64,000 bases of DNA from Patescibacteria group bacterium (GTDB taxonomy: Bacteria; Patescibacteriota; UBA1384; XYA2-FULL-43-10; 1-14-0-10-43-13), in the NCBI GenBank assembly GCA_041671645.1, contig JBAZBD010000001.1, positions 671,234-735,233 on the forward strand, in the 5' to 3' direction. This document shows positions 58,385 through 64,000 of this stretch, in pieces. The first letter of the stretch is position 1. Each line of letters begins with the position of its first letter. The notes below the pieces were generated by a model that was not told where the DNA came from, did not search any database, and worked only from the letters and a program-made list of their open reading frames with translations. Made by a program: the position numbers and the translations under genes.

Positions 58385-59179
58385 TTATTTTTTACTCAGG
58401 GCTGATTTTATGATCGGAGTGATCGCTTCGCAAATCGATTTATTTGCGCAGATGACAAAGTATTCACTTCCGAAAGAACGATCGGAAACCTCGTCGAAAT
58501 ATAATATAACTGCGCCGGCCTCCTCTGCAATCAATTTGCCGGCCGCATAATCATATATTTCGGTGGCACTATTGACCAAGACCTCGACTCGGCCCAAGGC
58601 AATGAGGGTACAGTCAACCGCTATGGACCAGTTTTCCATCCAGCGCTTGATGCCTATTTGGTCGAAGGCAATCCGAAATTTGCTAATTTGTTCTCGTGAG
58701 CCCTCATAGCCGGTAGTGTGACAAATTGTAGAATTGGCCAATATCCCTTCGTTGCTGGTCTGGATCTTCTTGCCGTCCATCCAGGTGCCCTGGCCCTTTT
58801 CGGCCCAGAAGGTCTCTCCCGTGATCGGCTGGTGGATGACGCCAAAGATTACTTCTCCTTTGTGGGCCAAAGCGATCGAGACACCAAAATTTGGGATGCC
58901 AAGGAAAAAGTTGTTGGTGCCATCGAGCGGATCGATAATGAACTCATATTCCGAGCCCTTGGCAATCTTGCCGGCCTCCTCCGAATAGATATTGTAATCA
59001 GGAAATTCACGCTCCAAAATCTCAAGTATTACTCTCTCCGAACCAAGATCTGCCTTGGTCCGAAAGTTAGCAGCCATGCCCTTGTCCTCCAACTCAAGAG
59101 CTTCGCCAAAATACTCCTTGACGATTTTCCCGCCAGCCTCCGCCGCTTCGATAATAATTTTGTATTTTTCTGTAATCAT
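58385..59179 (-). CDS. inositol monophosphatase family
   Basis: SEE, IIDPLDGTNNF, YDYAAG. Confidence 0.92.
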   Translation of the reverse strand: MITEKYKIIIEAAEAGGKIVKEYFGEALELEDKGMAANFRTKADLGSERVILEILEREFPDYNIYSEEAGKIAKGSEYEFIIDPLDGTNNFFLGIPNFGVSIALAHKGEVIFGVIHQPITGETFWAEKGQGTWMDGKKIQTSNEGILANSTICHTTGYEGSREQISKFRIAFDQIGIKRWMENWSIAVDCTLIALGRVEVLVNSATEIYDYAAGKLIAEEAGAVILYFDEVSDRSFGSEYFVICANKSICEAITPIIKSALSKK

Positions 59180-59185
59180 AATAGG

Positions 59186-59260
59186 TGGTGGTCGCTACTG
59201 GATTTGAACCAGTGGCTTCCTCAATGTGAATGAGGCACTCTACCGCTGAGTTAAGCGACC
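59186..59260 (-). tRNA. tRNA-Val(CAC)
   Basis: Acceptor GGTCGCT/AGCGACC, anticodon arm CCTCA-TTCACAT-TGAGG, CCA. Confidence 0.95.
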
Positions 59261-59299
59261 ATGGTGCGACGCTGAGCGTCGCTTTCACCACGCTTAGCG

Positions 59300-59373
59300 T
59301 GGTGGACCTACCGAGAATCGAACTCGGGACTCAGCAATGCGAATGCCGTGTTAAACCACTTAACTATAGGCCC
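59300..59373 (-). tRNA. tRNA-Ala(CGC)
   Basis: Acceptor GGGCCTA/TAGGTCC with the G3:U70 pair, anticodon arm CGGCA-TTCGCAT-TGCTG, CCA. Confidence 0.95.
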
Positions 59374-59465
59374 ATCTATGTTTTACAAGGCTGATTCTAA
59401 CAAATTATAGCCGGTTGAACAAGAAAAAATCCTCCAGCAACGGAGGATTTTCCCAATTTGATATC

Positions 59466-59537
59466 TGGATCCCGGATCAAGAGCCAAAGGAGCCGAGGGT
59501 TACCCTTTGGGTCTTCCCTTCGGGTTCCGGGATGACA
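59466..59537. repeat. REP-like palindrome (GGAT...ATGACA family) with a nested hairpin insertion
   Basis: TGGATCCCGGATCAAG...[AGCCAAAGG...CCTTTGGGTCT, CCCTTCGGG]...TCCGGGATGACA. Confidence 0.75.
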
Positions 59538-59550
59538 ATAAGCCGTCAGT

Positions 59551-59811
59551 CTACCTGGCGTTTTCTAAAATAGTTTTAGTTTTCTCGATAAAACCGCCCA
59601 TGAAAGGTGCAAAATCAACGCGGTTGAGAACATAGGCTAGACCCGAAATAACGATGGCGGCACCGATGGAAGCGCCGAGACCGGCGATAATGCCGCGACC
59701 AAAAACGTAGTACCATTTGTTTAGCTTGAGACTTTTACTAAGCAATTTATTATTTAAATCAATTTTGTCCATTGAATTTTCGGGGATCTTGTCGTTTGCC
59801 ATATGACCCAT
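59551..59811 (-). CDS. small membrane protein (DUF5665-like)
   Basis: FGRGIIAGLGASIGAAIV TM motif. Confidence 0.7.
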   Translation of the reverse strand: MGHMANDKIPENSMDKIDLNNKLLSKSLKLNKWYYVFGRGIIAGLGASIGAAIVISGLAYVLNRVDFAPFMGGFIEKTKTILENAR

Positions 59812-59903
59812 TCGTTAATTAGTACATCATTATTGTACTTTTAATTTTGCAATCCGACAAATTGTACCCAATGGGGTTGATTCAAGAAATGACGGCAGAA
59901 CCG

Positions 59904-60494
59904 TCATTTTTTCTTAACTGTAATCTTTTGCGCTTTCTTCGGCTCAGCTTTTGGCACTGTGATCGAGAGAATGCCGTCTTTCATTTCGGCCTCTGCTTTA
60001 TCGGCAACTACTTCGGCTGGCAAAGTGAAACTCCGCTCAAACCTGCCCGTATGGCTCTCTTTATAATAATAGTGCTCTTCGTTATCGGAATATTCGCCCG
60101 CGATCGTCATCACATTGTCCATGATCTCGACATTGATATCTTCCTCTTTCATCCCTGGCAATTCTACTCTGACCACGATAGCATCTTTGGAATCTAGAAT
60201 ATCAATTTTTGGTGTTAGGCTTTGCGGATTCGGCGCGGCGAAACCATCGCGTGACTCGTCAATCAATATCTTTTCTATTTCATGTTCAAATTCAAAAATA
60301 TCTTCGAAGGCGGTATCAAAAAATTGGCAGAGCGAAACTGCCAGCGGCAGAGAAGGCATTGAGCGCCCCGACTCGAGCGAAATTATTGATTGGCGAGAAA
60401 TGCCGAGATGTTCGGCTAGCGCTTCCTGAGAGAGATCGCGCTTCTTGCGCCAATCCTTAATCCTGATTTCAATTGGAAAATCTTTGTCATCCAT
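59904..60494 (-). CDS. XRE helix-turn-helix - Hsp20 fusion
   Basis: LSQEALAEHLGISRQSIISLESG..PSL, then ELPGMKEEDI...FERSFTLP...MKDGILSITVPK. Confidence 0.9.
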   Translation of the reverse strand: MDDKDFPIEIRIKDWRKKRDLSQEALAEHLGISRQSIISLESGRSMPSLPLAVSLCQFFDTAFEDIFEFEHEIEKILIDESRDGFAAPNPQSLTPKIDILDSKDAIVVRVELPGMKEEDINVEIMDNVMTIAGEYSDNEEHYYYKESHTGRFERSFTLPAEVVADKAEAEMKDGILSITVPKAEPKKAQKITVKKK

Positions 60495-60529
60495 GACATA
60501 AATGTAAAGTAGACTTTACATTATGTCAA
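60494..60529 (-). promoter_or_regulatory. leaderless promoter overlapped by a palindromic operator
   Basis: TTGACA-N17-TACATT-N6-ATG; IR AATGTAAAGT-AG-ACTTTACATT at 60501-60522. Confidence 0.75.
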
Positions 60530-60542
60530 GACCTGACTCGTT

Positions 60543-61157
60543 CTATTTGATGTTTTCAATAGTGACTGAGTCCATCTTGTCGCCAACTGCGATGTTCTTG
60601 ACGACGTCCATGCCGCCAGTCACTTGACCAAAGAGGCTGTAGCTCTTGGGCAAACTTGGCTGATCTTCGAGACAGATGAAGAATTGTGAGCCATTGGTAT
60701 CGGGGCCAGAGTTCGCCATAGCAACGGTGCCAGCTAAGTATTCACCGACAACTGGCTCATCTGGGAATTTATAGCCTGGTCCACCGCTTCCAGTGCCAGT
60801 CGGATCGCCACCCTGAATTACAAAATTTGGCACGACTCGGTGAAAAATTAGCCCATCATAATATTTCTGATCGGCCAGGTAGACAAAATTGCTCACTGTC
60901 TTGGGCGCCTTGTCAGCATAAAGCGTAAATTCGATCGTACCTTTGGTCGTCTTGATCACTGCCTTCTTGTCCGCGATTTGGCTCTGGTCCAGAGCACCAG
61001 GAAATTGATAAGTACTCACTTTGCTCTCCTTATTTTCGTTAGTTATTTGTTGTTGATTGTCTTCATTTTTGGCTGGGGCAATAGTCTTCTTGGGCCAGAG
61101 AAAATATCCTCCGATCAGGATAATGATAATGACGGAAAAAAAGATAAATTTCTTCAT
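60543..61157 (-). CDS. cyclophilin-type peptidyl-prolyl isomerase with N-terminal membrane anchor
   Basis: APKTVSNF, FHRVVPNFVIQGGDP, AMANSGPDTNGSQFFI. Confidence 0.95.
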   Translation of the reverse strand: MKKFIFFSVIIIILIGGYFLWPKKTIAPAKNEDNQQQITNENKESKVSTYQFPGALDQSQIADKKAVIKTTKGTIEFTLYADKAPKTVSNFVYLADQKYYDGLIFHRVVPNFVIQGGDPTGTGSGGPGYKFPDEPVVGEYLAGTVAMANSGPDTNGSQFFICLEDQPSLPKSYSLFGQVTGGMDVVKNIAVGDKMDSVTIENIK

Positions 61158-61315
61158 ACTTCGTCTTTCCTTTGATTAAGCTGAACTCAACTATAATAAT
61201 AGAGATCATGAAGTTTAGTCAATGCTAAATCCCTCTCCGATTGACAATGAGGCTCAATTTTGTTATGATAAATTCATACCATTAAGTACTATCCCGAGGG
61301 GATTTTTTATTTATT

Positions 61316-63151
61316 ATGAAAAACGAACAAATCAGAAACGTTGCTATTATCGCCCACGTTGACCACGGCAAAACCACTCTTGTCGACGGATTTTTGAAGC
61401 AATCCAAAACTTTTCGCGAAAATGAAGCTGAAATGGGTCAAGACTTGATCATGGACTCCAACGATCAGGAACGTGAACGCGGCATCACAATCCTGGCCAA
61501 AAACACTGCTATCAATTATAAAAGTGTCAAAATCAACATTATCGACACTCCTGGCCATGCTGACTTTGGTGGTGAAGTAGAGCGTACTCTCAATATGGCA
61601 GACGGTGCCGTACTCGTCATCGATGCTCAAGAGGGCCCGATGCCTCAGACCAAATTTGTGCTGAAGAAAGCACTCGAACTTGGCCTCAAGGTGATTGTAA
61701 TTATCAACAAAATCGACAAGGCAAACGCTGATATCCCAGCCACTATCGACAAAACATATGACCTCTTCCTCGAGATGGCAACCAAAGACGACCAGCTCGA
61801 TTTTCCAATTTTCTACGCTATCGGACGCGAAGGCAAAGCTTGGGCCGAACTGCCAGATGACGAAAGCCAACCAGCTGATCTTTCCCCTATCCTCGACGCA
61901 ATTGTCGAATCAATTCCAGCGCCGGAGGGAGACGTCGAGGGCGGCTTCCAGATGGTGATCTCCGCACTCGCACAGGACAGCTTCATCGGCAAGTATTCGA
62001 TCGGTCGTATCACTCGTGGAATCGCCAAGACCAACATGCCAGTAGCATTGATCAACGAAAATGGCATTATCGAGAGTGGCCGAATGGAAAAAATCTATGT
62101 CAACTCTGGACTCAAAAAAGTTGAGGTCTCTGAGGCTGTGGCTGGAGATATTATCTCCGTGGCCGGACTAGCCAAAGCGACTATCGGCTACACTATTGCC
62201 GACAAAGAAAATCCTGAAGCCCTTCCATCCATCGAAATCGAAGAGCCAACCCTCTCAATCTCGATGTACGCCAATACTTCCCCATTTGCTGGTCGTGAAG
62301 GCAAATTTGTGACTGCAAGACAATTGCTTGATCGAATTCAAAGAGAGCTAGAAACAAATATCTCGATGAAATATCGACTCGGCGACGACAGCACCTATAT
62401 TATCTCTGGCCGTGGCGAGCTCCACCTCTCTGTCTTCATCGAAACCCTTCGCCGCGAAGGATTCGAACTTCAGGTTGGCAAACCACAGGTCATTACGAAA
62501 GTAATTGATGGCACTGTTTGCGAACCAGTCGAAGAATTGACCGTAGACGTTCAAAACGATTTTACCAGCTCTGTGATTAGCGAAATTTCTCAACGTCGTG
62601 GCATCCTCCACAATCAGATGGAAAACGCGGATGGCACGACTAGACTCGTGTTTGAGATTACGACTCGTGGCACACTCGGACTTCGTAACACTTTGCTTAC
62701 GCTTTCCAAGGGTACTGCTATCACCAACACGATGTTCCTCCGCCACCAACCAATCGGCGCCAAAATTCCGAAAATGAGAAACGGCGTTTTGATCGCCTAC
62801 TCTTCTGGCAAGGCCGTTGGATTTGGTCTCAATATTGCTCAGCAACGTGGCACAACTTTCATCCATCCAAATACAGAAGTTTACGAAGGTATGATCGTCG
62901 GTCAGAATCAGCGTGAGGACGACCTTGAGATTAACGTAACAAAAGAAAAACAATTGACCAACATGCGTGCTTCTAGCGCTGATGCGATCACAGTGCTCAC
63001 TCCTCCGACTATCTTCTCGCTAGAGCAGTGCATCGACTTCCTCGAAGACGATGAACTACTCGAAGTAACACCAAAAAGTTTGCGCCTCCGCAAGAAACAT
63101 TTGGACTCCGGTAGCCGCAACAAGGCTAGAAAATCTGCAGGCCAATCCTAA
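61316..63151 (+). CDS. typA: translational GTPase TypA/BipA
   Basis: AHVDHGKTTLVD, ERGITILAK, GRGELHL, EVYEGMIVG, EVTPKSLRLRK. Confidence 0.98.
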   Translation: MKNEQIRNVAIIAHVDHGKTTLVDGFLKQSKTFRENEAEMGQDLIMDSNDQERERGITILAKNTAINYKSVKINIIDTPGHADFGGEVERTLNMADGAVLVIDAQEGPMPQTKFVLKKALELGLKVIVIINKIDKANADIPATIDKTYDLFLEMATKDDQLDFPIFYAIGREGKAWAELPDDESQPADLSPILDAIVESIPAPEGDVEGGFQMVISALAQDSFIGKYSIGRITRGIAKTNMPVALINENGIIESGRMEKIYVNSGLKKVEVSEAVAGDIISVAGLAKATIGYTIADKENPEALPSIEIEEPTLSISMYANTSPFAGREGKFVTARQLLDRIQRELETNISMKYRLGDDSTYIISGRGELHLSVFIETLRREGFELQVGKPQVITKVIDGTVCEPVEELTVDVQNDFTSSVISEISQRRGILHNQMENADGTTRLVFEITTRGTLGLRNTLLTLSKGTAITNTMFLRHQPIGAKIPKMRNGVLIAYSSGKAVGFGLNIAQQRGTTFIHPNTEVYEGMIVGQNQREDDLEINVTKEKQLTNMRASSADAITVLTPPTIFSLEQCIDFLEDDELLEVTPKSLRLRKKHLDSGSRNKARKSAGQS

Positions 63152-63231
63152 AAAATTATTAGATCTACAAAGCAAAAATCGCTTCACAGGAAGCGGTTTT
63201 TGTGTTATAAGTGCTACAAGAGGTGAGGACA

Positions 63232-63972
63232 ATGAAAATTGATTTTGGCATTCTTGCAGGCGGCGATGGAAAACGTTTGAACGCTGGCATTCCAAAAGCC
63301 TGGGTGACCATAGGCGGTCAATCAATCCTGAGCCGCGTTTATTACGAAATTCCGCCCTTGGCGAACAAAATATTTGTTGTTGGCCATGACGATCGGAGAG
63401 TCGACATTCTCGGACTTGGCGAGAAAAGTGTTTGGGTCCAGAAAACCGGCAAGTATATCAGCGATTTATTTGCCATCGTGAACAGTTCTGATGCTGACTT
63501 GCTTATCGTTATCAACGCAGATGCAGTGTTGGTGACTGAGGAAAATCTGGATCATTTAGTTTGGGTGCTGGGTAGCTTTCCTGATTGCGGGGTGGTTTGG
63601 CCAGCCGTGCCAATCGACGAATGTTTTCCTGAGGCCGGTGGCAGACGATACATTCCGGGGAGCAAAAGCTTGGCTCGGGGAAATGTCTTCGCTTTCCGAC
63701 CGAAGATGGTCCGTATGCATGAGAAAATCATCAAGCGTATGGAAGAAAATCCCACTTTCGGCGAAGTTATCGCCTTGGGTCTGGGGCTATGCCTCCGCTA
63801 CGCCACACGCAGTCTCAAGCCGCACCACGTGGCCGAACGGCTCGGACTTTTGTTCGGGTGCAAGGCCTTTATAGCACAAATGTCGACACCGGAGTTTGCC
63901 TTCGACGTCGATCATCCAAAAGACCGAGTGACCGCACTCGAAATCTTGCGCAAGCAAGGTCGTATAAAGTAA
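63232..63972 (+). CDS. MobA-like NTP-transferase family protein
   Basis: ILAGGDGKR...PKA, INADA, FDVD; GAGG RBS before ATG 63232. Confidence 0.75.
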   Translation: MKIDFGILAGGDGKRLNAGIPKAWVTIGGQSILSRVYYEIPPLANKIFVVGHDDRRVDILGLGEKSVWVQKTGKYISDLFAIVNSSDADLLIVINADAVLVTEENLDHLVWVLGSFPDCGVVWPAVPIDECFPEAGGRRYIPGSKSLARGNVFAFRPKMVRMHEKIIKRMEENPTFGEVIALGLGLCLRYATRSLKPHHVAERLGLLFGCKAFIAQMSTPEFAFDVDHPKDRVTALEILRKQGRIK

Positions 63973-64000
63973 CCCAAGATGGCTCAGTCAGCCATCTTTT

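Noticed and set aside
6988-62953. Long antisense or alternate-frame ORFs in the track (e.g. 6988-7611, 30747-31253, 46073-46552, 61307-61870, 62348-62953)
   Set aside because: They are shadows of well-supported genes on the opposite strand, with no motifs or RBS.
63232-63972. MobA-like protein as evidence of a molybdenum cofactor pathway with the radical SAM gene
   Set aside because: The genes are 60 kb apart, the NTP-transferase fold is generic, and no other Moco genes are in the window.
1-64000. CRISPR array or cas genes
   Set aside because: There are no regularly spaced direct repeats with unique spacers and no Cas motifs. The repeats found are palindromes, pairs or short tandem units.
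1-64000. Alternative genetic code (TGA recoded)
   Set aside because: Conserved genes are full length under code 11, and several end in TGA.

Overview
This is a bacterial chromosome segment using the standard genetic code (TGA is a stop). Its reduced gene set, short ThrRS, TRAM-less MiaB and many leaderless-type promoters suggest a Patescibacteria/CPR genome; that taxonomy is inferred, not verified. The housekeeping backbone comprises valS (5' part), uvrA, infC-rpmI-rplT, lgt/lspA/lepB, der, priA, a def-fmt fusion, rpsP-khpA-trmD, uvrB, rplY, miaB, thrS, a dTTP/folate operon (tmk, glyA, thyA, folA, dcd), typA and four tRNAs. The most striking signal is an RNase P RNA gene (15447-16148) whose P3 helix carries a complete GIY-YIG nuclease ORF inside a 19-bp perfect inverted repeat, with further hairpin insertions in P12 and P13. 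Two more small GIY-YIG ORFs also sit at structured-RNA loci. One lies between a duplicated tRNA-Gln 5' fragment and the intact tRNA. The other lies between a minimal Thr T-box and thrS, and is flanked by TGTCAT...ATGACA palindromes that also occur as empty copies. Together these suggest a family of hairpin-bounded nuclease cassettes that colonise ncRNA loci. Other candidate systems are a MoaA-like radical SAM + Gre-like + CMPK2-like kinase operon (viperin-analogous defence hypothesis), a ThiF + MFS + PaaK-like ligase + membrane histidine kinase cluster (make/export/sense hypothesis), a GNAT-ASCH fusion with an ASCH partner, an XRE-Hsp20 fusion with its own operator, and an unidentified structured sRNA. 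All protein calls come from motifs read by eye; no database searches were run.
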